From the NCBI GenBank assembly GCA_026770705.1, contig JANJGN010000015.1:2418001-2482000 (forward strand): a stretch of 64,000 bases of DNA, written 5' to 3'. The DNA comes from Isurus oxyrinchus. Taxonomy: Eukaryota. The position numbers and the translations under genes were made by a program. Shown here in pieces: positions 1 to 13,540 of this stretch (position 1 is its first letter; each line of letters starts with the position of its first letter). A model generated the notes under the pieces. The model did not search any database and was not told where the DNA came from. It saw only the letters and a program-made list of their open reading frames with translations.

Positions 1-307
1 CAGTTCCACAGGCCGAGGAAGGTGCCACAGCCACACAGCAAGATCCCAAAAGCAGGCCAGGAACCTCCTAGTCTCAGGCCTCCAGAGAACGCCTGCCAAA
101 TCAAGACAGGGTGTTGCAGTTAACAGGCTGCTTCCACCTCCGCCGTGGATGTTTGTGGAGCACCAAGATGTAGCGGCGGGGTTAGGAAAGTTAAGACGAA
201 TTAGTTGCACAGCCTGGGCACAAGTGTTAATCACTTGTAAGTCCTGTTCACTATTGTCAAATTCCCAAGAATGTCTCCATGCCTAAGGCTCCTTGTTCTG
301 ATGAGCA
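1..307 (+). mobile_element. PIF/Harbinger Myb/SANT-gene 3' fragment, joined directly to a LINE
   Basis: 105-307 aligns with 26648-26440 (minus). That copy continues into sequence matching the Harbinger Myb-like gene at 23366-23440. Confidence 0.6.
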
Positions 308-2097
308 GTGGTGGGCAATTAAACAACTCACTGGAAGAGGAGGCTCCACAAATATCTCCATCATCAATGATGGAGGAGCCCAGCACATCAGTGCAAGGGA
401 TAAGGCTGAAGCATTTGCTACAATCTTCAGCCAGAAGTGCTGAGTGGATGATCCATCTCTGCCTCCTGCTGAGTTCCACAGTGTTACAGATGTTAATCTT
501 CAGCCAGTTCGATTCATTCCATGTAATATCAAGAAATGGCTGAAGACACTGGATACTGCAAAGGCTATGGGCTCTGATAATATTCCAGCAATAGTACTGA
601 AGACTTGTGCTCCAGAACTTGCTGTGCCCCTAGCCAAGCTGTTCCAGTACAGCTACAACACTGGCATCTACCCAGCAATGTGGAAAATTGCCCAGGTATG
701 TCTTGTACACAAAAAGCAGGACAAATCCAACCCGGCCAATTACTGCCCCATCAGTCTACTCTCCATCATCAATAAAGTAATGGAAGAGGTCATCAACAGT
801 GCTATCAAATGGCACTTGCTTAGCAATAACCTGCTCACTGATGCCCAGTTTGGATTCTGCCAGGGTCACTCAGCTTCTGATGTCATTATAGCCTTGGTTC
901 AAACATAGACAAAAAAGCTGAACTCCTGAGGTGGGGTGAGAGTGACTGTCCTTGACATCAAGGCAGCATTTGATTGAGTTTGGCATCAAGGAGCCCCAGC
1001 AAAACTGGAGTCAATGGGAATCAGGGGGAAAACTCTCCACTGGTTGGAGTCATACCCAGCACAAAGGAAGATGGTTGTGGTTGTTGGAGGTCAGTCATCT
1101 CAGCTCCAGGACATCACTGCAGGAGTTCCTCAGGGTAGTGTCCTTGGCCCAACCATCTTCAGCTGCTTCATCAATGACCTTCCTTCCATCATAAGGTCAG
1201 AAGTGGGGATGTTCGCTGATGATTGCACAATGTTCAGCACCATTCGCGACTCCTCAGATACTGGCCATGTCCAAATGCAGCAAGACCTGGACAATGTCCA
1301 GGCTTGAGCTGACAACTGGCAGCAAACATTCATGCCAAAAAAGTGCCAGTCAATGGCCATCTCCAACAAGGGAGAGTCTAACCATTGCCCCTTGATGTTC
1401 AAAGGCAATTAATCACTGAATCCCCCTCTATCAACATCCTGGGGGTTACCATTGACCAGAAGCTGAACTGGACTAGCTATATAAATACTGTGGCTACAAG
1501 ACCAGGTCAGAGGCTAGGAATCGTGCGATGAGTAACTCACCTCCTGACTCCCTAAAGCCTGTCCACCATCTACAAGGCACAAGTCAGGAGTGTGATAGAA
1601 TACTCCCCACTTGCCTGGATGAGTCCAGCTCCCATAATACTCAAGAAGCTTTACACTGTCCAGGACAAAGAAGCCTGCTTGATTGGTACCGCATCTGTAA
1701 ATGTTCACTCCCTCCACCCCGATGCACAGTAGCAGCAGTGTGTGTACCATCTACAAGATGCACTGCAGGAACTCACCAAGGCTCCTTAGACAGCACCTTC
1801 CAAACCCATGACCACTACCACCTAGAAGGACAAGGGCAGCAGATAGATAGGAAATTCCCCTCCAAGTCACTCACCATCCTGACTTGGAAATATATCACCG
1901 TTCCTTCACTGTCGCTGGGTCAAAATCCTGGAACTCCCTCCCTAACAGCACTGTGGATGTACCTACACCACATGGACTGCAGCGGTTCAAGAAAAAACTC
2001 ATCACCACCTTCTTAAGGGCAACTAGGGACCAGGAATAAACGCTACAATGCTGGCCCAGCCAGCGAAGCCCACATCTTATGAATGAATAAAAAAAAA
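308..2097 (+). mobile_element. 5'-truncated LINE-A (jockey/L2/CR1 group), decayed ORF2 RT plus 3' UTR and A-tail
   Basis: ORFs 444-908 (KAMGSDNIP...NPANYCPISLLS) and 1014-1307 (GVPQGSVLGP, FADD). Ends in gaatgaataaaaaaaaa. Confidence 0.92.
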
Positions 2098-2210
2098 TTC
2101 CAGATCTTAACCATTGAGTAGATAACCTTTTTCTTATGTTGCCTTTGGTTCTTTTGCCAATCATTTGCGATCTGTTTCCTCTGGTTCTCAACCCCTCCAC
2201 CAATGGGGCA
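2098..2210 (-). mobile_element. CR1 LINE 3' fragment
   Basis: Minus strand reads ...VEGLRTRGNRSQMIGKRTKGNIRKRLSTQ, like the CR1 ORF2 C-terminus at 33130-33230. Confidence 0.65.
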
Positions 2211-2789
2211 TCGCTGCAGGAGTTCTTCAGGGCAGTGACCAACCATCTTTAGCCACTTCAAGAGAGTTTGCCCTTTTTTACGGGTATTTTTATCGTGGAC
2301 TTATATTCAATCTATAAAATTATTAATAGTTTACACTAATTGTATGTACCTGGATCTATGCTTGATGTTTCTGCATTTCTGTGAATGTCAGGAACGACTG
2401 AAGCATCTTGGTGACAATAACCATCTTTCACAGATGAGGCAGGGCTGTGAGACTCATCTGCCCAGGGCTCAAATCCAGCATTATCTGTCCATTAAGAATA
2501 ACAAACATAATGATTATAAATGTATTTCATACAATGTGATGTAACAATTAAAGTGATTGAACAGTGGGGGAAGTGTTAGTTGAGTACAAGGACAAGGACA
2601 AAAGCATCCATTGATGCCTTTACACTGCAGGTCATTTAGTTTGCATTCCTGGAAACTAACATTCAGAACCTGCTAGTCAGTGTTTTTAATGCTAAAATGC
2701 TCTCTTAACCCAGTGGCAAAGCCTTGAAACTACAGGAAAATCATCTAACATTCTGTTGACAAAATAAGGAATCTGACTTTGACAGTCTA

Positions 2790-3390
2790 AACACCTCGGG
2801 TGGTCAGCCCCGGGAGTGGCTGTGCAGTGGACTGACGCCCACAGTCGGGTCTCGCCTGAACGCTGAAACGCTCACCGCTGCCTGGGTGGGGCAGAGGGGA
2901 GGGTGTGTGGAGGGCGAATGCGTAAGTCAGTGAATGTGCGCGGGTGGGCTCAGTGAAAGCTCCCTGAAGGCACAGAGCTGCCTCAGGGAGCTGAAGATCT
3001 TTAACATGAAAAATAAAGAACAGAGAAATAAGGAAAACACCTGCCCTCATGTGGCTCTGTCACATGAGCTAGGGCCATGTTAAAAGTGAGTCGTAAAAGT
3101 TTTTTTTTCAGTCACTGGTTGAAACCTCATCCCGCCCCTGGATGAGGTTTTGCAAAAAATGCAAAGGACACCTGGCCTATTCACCAGCCCACCAGTGAAT
3201 AGTTTGATTTAACTAATTGATTAAGGGCATTAATAGACCTAACTGTTAGCGGTTAATGCGCTGCTGCTTCTCGTGCGCGCCTGCTGAGTGAAATATTGAG
3301 AGAGTGTGCGATGACATCGGGACGCTTGGGGTGACTCCGGGACGCTCGCTCGACCTCATCGCGCACTATTTTACTCCCGTTTGGGTCACA
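2790..3390. mobile_element. Non-autonomous Harbinger-type MITE (truncated copy)
   Basis: Shares the internal motifs ggcacagagctgcctcaggga, palindromic catgtg-ctctgt-cacatg and gaaacctcatcccgccc-ggatgagg with 20007-20658 and 50944-51717. Confidence 0.7.
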
Positions 3391-3689
3391 GGTTCTGTTG
3401 TTCTGAAATTCCAATCAAATAGACACCACTATCGAAGCAGGTTATAGGAATCACTCAGTGTAAGCTGTTTATTTCATTTAATTAAAGATTCAGGCGAGTT
3501 TGTTTCATTTACTCAATTAACTGACGTTCCCTGTAACCAAAACAGCTGGTAATTCATTTGTGAAGATCTTATAAACCATTTGTTGAGGTACAATTCAAAT
3601 TAATTTGCAAGAGTAGGAGAAAAGGCCATAGGTTTATACTAATAACAGACAAATTTAGGATTTATACAAGCACTTTAAGCCTTTAATGT

Positions 3690-4830
3690 CCTATGAAGAA
3701 TCTGTAAAGTGTAGTCACTGTTTTCATGGAGAGAGACATGGCAGTTTATTTACAGACACTGAAGCCCCACAAACAGCAATGAGATAGACAGCCTGATAAT
3801 TAGTTTTTAGTGATGTTGGGATTGATGGCGAAATTCATCACCATCTCCAATGTGTGAGCTCAGCCTTTGGTTGACTGACAAAAGGAATATTTGAGGACCA
3901 GGGTCTCAAACTCGACACTAAGGTCATGGCTTATCGGGCAGCAGTGATTTCCGCACTCCTGGAGACTTGGACAGCCTACAGCAGACACCTCAAAACACTG
4001 GAGAAGTAGCACCAGCGGTGCCTTTGCAAGATTCCCCAAATCCAGTGGCAAGCAAGGCAGTCCAACAGCAGCAGCGTCTCCCAAGGCAACATGCCCGGCA
4101 CCGAAGCATTAATCACTCAAAACCAACTCCACTTGGCAGGACATGTTGTTTATATGCTTGGTACTAATCCTCGGAAGCAACTACTCTCTTTCAAACTAAG
4201 CCATGGCAGAAGTCTCGAAGGAGGACAAAGAAATGCTTTAGAGATGTCCTCAAAGCATTCCCAAAAAGATCAAACATCTCTGCCGACTCATGGGAGACCC
4301 TGGCTTTTACAGACCAAAATGGAGAAAGTTCATTCAGGAAGGCACTGAACATATTTAGAGGCTTCACTGGGACATGCAGAGGTGAAGTCGAGGCATCAGG
4401 GAGAGTGCACAAACCTCCCAACAACTCGACCCTCCAAGCACTTTGTGCCCTGCATGTGGCAGAGTCTGCAGATTGTGCATTGGACCAATCAGAGTCTGCA
4501 GATTGTGCACTGGACCAATCAGCCATCTCAGAACTCATCAGAATGGAAGAAAGTCATCCTCAACCCCGAAGGATGGACTCAGAAGAAGAAGGTTGATGGA
4601 TATTGGCCAGAAAACTGGGAGAATTCCCTGCTGTTCTTTCAACAATGCCAGAGGATCTTTTACGTCCACCTCAAAGGGCAGGCAGGGCCTCATTTTAACA
4701 GGGTCTCATTGAAAAGACATCACCTCCAACCATGCAGCACTGAATGTGAGCTTGGCTTATGTATTGAAGTCCTGGAGTGGAGGTGGGATGCATGACTTAC
4801 TGACTCAGAGATGAGAGTGCAATCAATGAC
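3690..4830 (-). mobile_element. Deu-domain SINE split by an RTE insertion
   Basis: 3690-3820 and 4590-4830 are two halves of a DeuSINE-like sequence (gatcttttacgtccacct...gaaaagacatcacctccaaccatgcagcac). Confidence 0.55.
3822..4590 (+). mobile_element. RTE-clade LINE 3' fragment
   Basis: TWTAYSRHLKTLEK..HQRCL and QLHLAGHV motifs, C-terminal zinc finger CPACGRVC...ISHLRTH, and a (gaa)n tail. Contains a 30-bp tandem duplication at 4460-4519. Confidence 0.8.
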
Positions 4831-5149
4831 ATCTTCAAGAATGGAGTTTCTGATAGAAGTGAAATTAGTTAAGAACCCATTATACACTGAAAGGGATAGA
4901 CTTTAGTGTTATTCTGGATGCAGAAAGCAAGATGAGCTAAATGTCATTCCTTATCTGTAATTATCTGATCTTATGTTAATATTTCACAGAGAGCTGCCTC
5001 CTCTTTTGTATTTTGTTCCATACCTGGCTACTGTTTTTAATTGATTTTATTACATATATAGTATTGTTTAACTGCAATATTCAGTGTTAATCATTGTTAA
5101 TGTCACAGAAAATTATATTACTTATTGTTTGGCGGTATCAGAGAAAGAG

Positions 5150-5310
5150 AAAATGTGGGAATTATCAGGAGAAAACTCCCTGAAAACTGCCTTTGATTTT
5201 TTACACTCATCTGAAGGGGCATAAAGTGCCTTGGTTTAACATCTTATCTGAAAGACAGCCTCTCCTATATATTGCAGTTATAAGTACTGCACCACTGTCA
5301 AGGCTGACAC
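5150..5310 (-). mobile_element. Degenerate Deu-domain SINE fragment
   Basis: cttggtttaacatcttatctgaaagacagcctc core motif. Confidence 0.45.
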
Positions 5311-5669
5311 TTTATAAAAGACTAATACAGCTTTGAATGGAAAAGTAGATAAATATATGAAACAGAGGAAGAGATAGAACTATGAGAAGACAGCACGGTA
5401 TTAGATTTGTTTTAGATTGTTTTTGTGAAGACATGGTGCAGACATGATTGGTAAAGTTGTCTCTTTCTCTGCTGCAAACTTGTATGGCTCTATGATTGAG
5501 TTTGCCATTCAGTTTTTTTTACTGAAGAGAAGCATTCATATGCATTGTAAAAAAAAAAAAATCTGTGTTTGCAGTGAGTAATTGAATCAGAACTTTTTGT
5601 ATTTATAATGAGATCACAATATTAACTAAAATAGTTGTTTGGCTTATTTGTTAATAAAAGATAAAGCTG

Positions 5670-6462
5670 AGGGGTGACTTAATAGAGGGCTTTAAAGTTA
5701 TAAATGGTTGGTAGACACAAAGACTGTGTCTCTACTTCTGAAGAAGAGCAAAACTAGAGGCCATGCATATATGATAATCATTAAGAAACCAAATAGGAAT
5801 TTCAGAAGAAACCTCTTTACTTAGAGTGGTGACATTATGGAATTTGCTAAAACAGGGAGTAGGGATGTAGGTGTCGCAGGCAAGGCTGGCATTTGTTGCC
5901 CATCCCTAATTGCCCTTGAGAAAGTGGTGGAGATCCACCTTCTTGAGCCACTGTGGTCCATCTGGTTTGACTTTTCTATAGTAGATTGGTACAGCTGAAT
6001 GGTTTGCTAGACCATTGCAGAGGGCAATTAAGAGTCAACCACATTGCTGTGGGTCTGGAACCACATGTAGGCCAGACCAGGTAAGGTTGGCAGATTTCCT
6101 TCCCTAAAGGACATTAGTGAGTCAGATGGGTTTTTTTTATGACAAGACTGGAGTTTCATAGTCACCATTACTGATATTCACTTTTTATTTCACATTTATT
6201 AATTAATTGAATTTATTAATTTATTCAATTTAAATTCACCAGCTGCCATGGTGGAATTTACACCCAATCCCCAGAGCATTAGCTGGTTCTCTGGATTACT
6301 AGTCTAATGACATTACCACTACGCCACCAGTCAGAAAAATAGCATGGACGCATTTAAAGGAAAGCTGGTAAGCATGTAAGAAGGAAACATGGGATTATGC
6401 CGATAGAGCTCGATGAGAAAGGATGAGACCAGCATGGACCAAATGGCCTTTTTCTGTGTTGT
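5670..6462 (+). mobile_element. Old CR1 3' fragment interrupted by a SINE
   Basis: ctgaggggtgacttaatagag...actagaggccat...tttacttagagtggtg, resuming at ~6335 with gcatttaaaggaaagctgg. Confidence 0.6.
5862..6330 (-). mobile_element. tRNA-derived SINE sharing its 3' tail with LINE-A
   Basis: Minus-strand head ggtggcgtagtggtaatgtc (A-box-like). Tail gggcaattagggatgggcaacaaatgc matches the LINE-A 3' UTR. Further copies at 15545-15903 and 48710-49060. Confidence 0.8.
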
Positions 6463-9006
6463 TTATTTTATGTAATTATTGGAAGTAAAGAATTTGTTTG
6501 TCCTCTGAGTAAGTAGCTCAGCAAAGACCAAAAATAGATTGTCAAGGCCAAAACTGATGTACAAATACTTGTAATAACCGTTTCATAAAAACCACAAATT
6601 ATAAATGCATAATGCTTGCATAGCACAAATAAGTATTTGAAAAGCACATTCATATTGCACAAAAACAGCTATAACTGAGTAATATAGAAAACATACCACA
6701 TCCAGTTTCACGTTCATATGGATTCATATTAAAGAATGGTGATCTTGTCATGTTTTGTTCTCTCTCAGTTGATCTCATTGGAATAATCTCTGGCTGCTCC
6801 CATCTCTGAAAACCTGGTGAATCTAATGGATTCTGCTGGTAGGGAGACTGCAGTGGAGTTGTGTGGATTGCAGAAGGTCTCCCCTGTTCACTAATACAAC
6901 AGAAAACAAAATCCTTTGCAAAATTGTGTATTTTTAGCCAACTTAATAATGTATAAATTTGCTTTGTAATATCAAACTGTAGAACCAGCTGAAGCTCTTT
7001 GCTTATATATTGGCAGAGGACTGAGAAATGTCATCAATGTGGCTAAGGTCAGAGTCTCAACATGACAATCATTAAACAAGTTTAACATAAATTATTTTAA
7101 CTACATTATAGTAAATCAATACATTTTTGAAAATTTCCAGTGTCTTCAATTCTTGCAGATGGTTGCTTGTGTGATGTTAAGCTTCTAGAATCTATTTAGC
7201 ATTTGATAATGCTCTCTCACACAAATACTCCTGCTTTTTGGAAGTAATGCGATATGAATAAAGGAACATAGATTATAAGGATTTGTGCTCCCTCTGCCGC
7301 ATGATGCTTGTTGAATTGCGAATATACCTTATCCTTTGATTCCCTCATGACTACTTCTCTGAGCCTACAGTGATTACACAATAAACACCTTAGAACTCTT
7401 CGTGCATGCTATTGCACTTACCTGTTAAGATAACCACAGGAGACTTAAAAAAAAAACAGTGCCTCATAAACAACAGCGTCAACAATAATGTTACGTCAGC
7501 TTCTATCAACCTTTACTTAGTCATTATTAGTTACATATTTTTCATCTAACTGCAGGAAAGCCACCGCATAACAACCTTCCCTAAAAAAGACTTTTATCAT
7601 TGTGAAACCTTCATAACATTCTGCCTCACACAACATCGAAACATAGTTTTGAGGCAGGAAACAGTAACAATTTGCATAAAGAAAAACCATATTCATTCCA
7701 AAGAAGTACAGAGCACAGATGATAGGCTATAATTCAATCCCTATGCTCAAATCTCATTCTTAAACATTATGGATTACATGTCACTAGAAATCCCCCATTA
7801 GGTTACAACCTTATAAAGATTCTCTGTAATGTATAATACTTAAAAATCGAGCTTTTTACCTTTCTTATGCTTGTAGCACAAAGGACTTAAGTGCATTATA
7901 CCCAAGAAGCTTATTTTCTTGTCTACGTAAACTGGGAGTGGTGATATAACTAACAGTAACATATTGTCTCACTAACCAGTAGAGGTCAGATAGCACCATC
8001 CAATTTCATCCTCCTGGAATCTCAGAAAGGCAGTTACTGCCAAGCTAGACGGAAAGGAAGAACTGGTATTGCCAATTGCTGTGATTTATGCCTTTTAAAC
8101 ACTATATCTCTTTCAGTGATTGAATATCTACATTTTACAGGTTACATAGCCTGGGGTTAACAATTATTTTGTTTTGCAGTAACATCATGACCTTAAATTC
8201 ATGTAGTGTAAGGATTTCACTACATTTGCAGAAATTAAAATACAGAAAATTACACTCAGGAACAAACTGGCTAAAAGCATTATAGTAGATACTGGGCACA
8301 TATTTACAGTTTAAGAACATTTAACACTATAAGTAGAAGACAATATTATACATAGTACACAGAGTTCATTAAAATATCTGAAATGATCATTATCCTTCAA
8401 TAGCAAACTGTCCTTTCTAGTCTCCTGACATGCAGTCTACAACACAATGTGGTTTGGTGTCAGATGATCTCAACTTGTGAGAATATGGGTAAGTAGAGTT
8501 TTGGTCCGAAACCTTTCCTTTTGATCTTAGAATGGGAAAGGCATTGAAGATCTGTTGCAAGTGCCTTGCTTTAGGGACATTTTTTTCATTTGAAGATTGA
8601 ATTACCCATCAAATTTGATTAAATTAAAAACAAGAATGTTACTTTTAGCCCTGACAATTGTTGTAATATGCCTTTAAAGGATTGCAGCATGCCATCACTA
8701 GAAAGGAAGTGTGTCATGTGATCCAGTTTAGTTTCACCTTTGCTTTGTAGCAGAGCACTGCACATACAGACAGATCTGCTATTGATGTATTCAAGCTCTC
8801 TGCCCATATATAAATGTCTCCTTGTGCCTAGTCTCAATAAATGAACCCACAATATGTTTACACAATCCCTTATGAGTGATTGGTGCTTCATATATTATTA
8901 TAAAAACACAACAAGGTGTGCAGCAGTGGTTCCTTCTAAACGACATAGTGCTCAGCCTGGAGGTAAGATTAAGTACAGGTACAGAATGGTGAATATTCTT
9001 AGATCA

Positions 9007-11108
9007 TGCTACACTGCGTGAGACTACCCTCGACGTTTTGATCAGACCCGCAGTGAAGCTGCAGTGTTGGAGAGTGTTAAAACTGTAGCATGCTGACGGA
9101 GCAGAAAAGCTTTGAGGACACTGTACCTAGAGTGCTCAAATAAAGAGCTGGTGAGCAGATAGATCCCTCATGGTGACATTGCAGCACATAACTGGTCAGT
9201 TCAGTGAGTGGGACAGTGTGTTGTGAGGACCAGCACCGGGTTAGCTCAGTCAAGAAAGGCAAGTGACCAGGGTGTGGGCCAGGTCAATGGAAAGTTACGG
9301 AGAGTCAAACACACAAAAACCATCATAAAATCCGGGCCAGAGAAGGTTGCAATTATAATGGGCAGTTTTGGAAAAGCATGTGAAAGCAGCTACAGCGACT
9401 CTCATCCCAGGTACTAAAGGAGAAGCAAGGTAAATGGGATATTGTCAAAATGTCCACAAAATTCCCCAGTTTGAATTGGGATGCATCTGACCTAATGTCC
9501 AAATTTGAAATGTTTGAACAGCATACAGAGCAACGGTTTCTTGATTCAGGTGTGTGTGAACCAGACAAGCAAGCCATAAAAATTCACCTGGCAAATGGGA
9601 ATGAAGGTCAACACAAGCTGAACACATCAGGATTAATAAAAGAGCTAAAAGATCCCCAAAACATATGAACTATTTTGGAAGACCATTTCTGAATCAGGTT
9701 AAACTTCCATATTCATCGACTAGAGTTCATGTCATTTCAACAACAGCCTGCAGAATCCATAGCCCACTTTGTCAGCAGATGCAGAGAAAAGGGGACGCAC
9801 TGTGATTTTTCAAACACAGAGCTAGCATATAGAATTGTTGAGTTGGTGATCACATCCGCTCCCATGGAAGCATTCCAGAAAGATCTGCTAGACAGGTCCA
9901 AAACAAATAGCATCAAGGAGCTACTCAAGGATGGACGTAAATACAAAGTGATCCATGCAGGTCAATGAAGCTTCCAGATCCTAAGTAAAATCCCAGTTGC
10001 TGATGCACCTACTTGAACAGCCAAGCCTAGCAAGACATGTGGACGGTGTGATCTCTGCATGCAACAAGGAAATGCCCAGCTTTCCATCAATTTTGCCAGA
10101 CATATGGCAGAAAAGGCCATTGGCAGTGGCAGTGAACTAGAGCAAAGGCTGATGCAGCTACAAAGAGCCGTGCACTGATCCAAACAGACTGTACACAACG
10201 GGGACCTTCAAGCAATAAGAAAGACCATCCGGTATCTCATCAAAAACATATATATGAGGTGATTGGCAAACCAGAAAATGACGATGACGTGCACGACAAG
10301 ATGAAGAGCAGTGAACACCGCCAGTCTTGTAGAAAACAAAGACTGTCCAAAGGGTTTGCCAAGATTCAAATGATCTGCCTGAGGAAAGTTGGCAGCTGCT
10401 CGTCATTGGCCCAAGTTTACACGGGAAATGCCAACATACTACTCCTGTGAAAACTAAAAGATATGGATCCACAGACATGGAAGGCCATGGCAAAACCTAC
10501 TACTGTGAAACTCTGAGTGTACAATGGTTCACTGATTTCATGTGCAGGATCCATAGTCCTGGAGTGCAAGTACAATCAATTCTACTGGGTGTCACAGGTG
10601 TTCTACATTGTGGAGACTAAGGGCCCAGTGATCGCAGGCCTACAAGCATGCTGTGAACTCACACTAATGGCAATTCAGATATTGTATGGCAGATCAACCT
10701 CAGAAACCACTCCTATCACCTCAATTCACAACCTAACATCGAAATATCCAGAATGTTTGTTTCAAGGGAGCTGCAGCATTACATTTGCAGAAGAAAGCAG
10801 GTATGTCAACCGATCTGGTACATTTTGCACAACGCAAATGCCAGCAGCTACAGGAAGCAATGGCAAAAGATTCTACACTATAGGAATTGTGGAAAGCCAT
10901 CGTTAAAGGATAGCCTGATTTAATTCAGCATGTCTACAAATACATGAGACCATTTTGTCCTTACCGGGATGAGCTAGACATCTCCCAGGGAGTCATTTTT
11001 AAAGGCAGGCAGGTCATCTTGCCAGAGTCTTTGCAATCTGATATTCTTCAGCAACTTCATCAGTCACACATGGGCACAGATCAAATGAGAGAACTTGCAA
11101 CAGAGACA
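9007..11108 (+). mobile_element. Decayed Ty3/Gypsy LTR retrotransposon (LTR-like start, gag, protease remnant, integrase zinc-binding region)
   Basis: gag-like ORFs 9450-9668 and 9729-9968 (QQPAESIAHFVSRCREKGTHCDF). ORF 10944 reads YRDELDISQGVIFKGRQVILPESLQSDILQQLHQSHMG. Truncated by the next element. Confidence 0.75.
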
Positions 11109-13540
11109 GTTGTAGACAACAAATCTTTTTATTTCAGTTGGACTGTTGTAAAGAACACATCTTTTTATTTCTGTTGGACTGTAGATTAAAATTACAATGG
11201 CTGCACTTTGAAAGACATATCTACTGGATCAGTGTGAGGAATATATACAATGTTGCTGTCCTGGGGCAGAGTGTGCCATGAAAGACAGGATGGTGCTGAG
11301 GAGGAGTCTGGTCTAACAGAGAATAGCCTGGCAACAACATTTTAATTAGCTCCTAACCAGGTGACCAGGGTTTGTGTGACAGCAGTGCAACAAAAAAGCT
11401 CCTAGCCCAAAAAGAGAAAAGAACTAAAACCTCTCTGTCCTGTGTGTGTAAGATTCCAGTAATTTTACAATAATAGCTAGCTGTTTTCCCCCCTCATATC
11501 TGTATAACTTGCTCTCTCTGTGAAAAATCCCTGTCAAGAAGAAAAGGGGAAAATCACCATTAGAGACCTTGAAAAGCGAGTGCTCAACCAGTGAACTAAA
11601 GACTGAAAGTGCTGGAAGACCACCTCACATCATCAACAAAGAATGGGAAGGAATTTGGAAGACATCAATCAAAATCAACCCATCGAATCCAGAATTGGTG
11701 CTATTGAACTGTTTTATCCCACCCTTAAAATCCATGTTTTTTGTGTCTTATCTGTCTTGTATGCATGCGTATTGGGATTGAAGAAGGGGTAGAGTTTAGG
11801 TTTGAGAGTTAGAAATTAGCAGTTCATATTTTTTTTTTACCACTGATTAAAGACCGGTTAAAGGCCATTTTGAGTGCATATGAGTTGGTCCTTGGAGCTT
11901 ACAGACAAACATTTCAAAATTTAAGGAAACAGCCTGGGCAAACTTACATTGAATTTGAAAGGATTAAGCAAAGTAGTTTTGACAGGTGGATATGAGCATT
12001 GGGAGTTGAAACTACCTATGAAGTTCCCAGAAAGATCATTCTCTTGGAAGAATTTAAAAACTCCCTACCTTCTGTAAAAAGAACCCATGTTGAAGACAAA
12101 AGGGTTGCAACAGCTGGACAGGCAGCAGCAATGGCTGATGATTATGAGCTAATCCATAAAATTAAACCTTTTTTCCGTCACCCCCATAAATTTGGAAAGG
12201 ATGGAAAGTGGGAGAGTGAAAGGAAGGACAGTAGTCAGGGTAAAGAATGGATAGCTGGGAATACCTTGAGATCTCCTCCCCAGGTCAGGAAGGAAGGTAC
12301 TGAGGGTAGAGGTGAAGCGTTGAAGTTTATGTTTCCATTGTAATAAAGTAGGACACAGTCGTTCGGAATGCTGAAAGTTGCGAGGGAAGCCCATGGGACT
12401 TATTGGGGCTCGTAAGAGTGAAAAAGGGAACTCAAAAAGAAAATGCCACAGATCCAACTGTAGCTTTAACTACAAACAAGGGTCTGGAGGTAAACACTGC
12501 TGTGGATGCAGGTGAAGTGAATAAGGTAGATGAGAGATATAAAGAGTTTTTGTCTAAAGGGAAAATAACCCCTTTTTCATCAAATGATGCAGCTAAACCC
12601 ATAACTATATTAAGCCACACAAGAGCTCTCAAACTCTTTTGCTGGAGAATGACCTAATTTTCCCTCCAGAGGGTTCAATCAAAGCTGAAGTATTAGCAAA
12701 TGGGATAAGTGGAGAGGATATCCCGGTACCATTGCACAAAGTGCAATTGGAGTGTGATTTCTTGTCTGGATCAGTGGTTGTGGGAGTGATTAAGAAATTG
12801 CCCATGGAAGGAATTGATTTACTCCTGGAGAATGATTTGGCAGGAGTGAAGGCTTTAGCTTGGCTTATAACCACAGAAAATCCGAGAGAGGCTAAAGAGA
12901 CAGAGCAGTTACAAGGACAAGTTCCTGGTATTTTTCCATTTTGTGTGGTGAACAGAGCAATGGCTAAACAAAGCCCATAACCAGAGGTCAAAATAATACC
13001 ATGAGCAGATGTTAGAGTAGCCAAAACTTTATTTAGGATGAAGATAATTCAGATGAAGTGTTTGGCATGTCTTCATTAATTGAGGGTCAGAAAGCAGATC
13101 CAGAGTTTAAAAGTTAGCACAGTCAGCTCACACTGAAGCTGTGGCTGAAGGAGTTTCGGAGTGCTATTACTTTAAAAACACAGTTCTGGTGAGCAAGTGG
13201 AGACACCCTCACAGGCTTGTGGATGAGGAATGGATGGTTGTTCATCAGATAGCAGTACTGCCCAAATATTGTAAGGAGATATTGCGAGTAGCACATGAAG
13301 TTCCTATGGCAGGACATGTAGGCACATGGAAAACCCAAGCATTGGTAAACAGGCATTTTACCTGGCCAAGACTTCAAAAGGACATAGTGCAATTTTGTAA
13401 GACGTGTCATACATGTCAGGTAGTAGGTAAACCTCAACATGTAATCAAGCCAGCACCTTTAATACCCATACCAATTTTTGAAGAACCATTTATTTAGGTA
13501 TTAATAGATTGTGTAGGGCCAGTACCCAAAACGAAAACAA

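Noticed and set aside
6240-6330. tRNA gene
   Set aside because: It is the tRNA-derived head of a SINE and is degenerate, with no full cloverleaf.
11109-11185. 37-bp tandem duplication at the LTR start (also a 19-bp tandem at ~14467-14504 and a 30-bp tandem at 4460-4519)
   Set aside because: Ordinary slippage duplications in decayed repeats with no sign of function.
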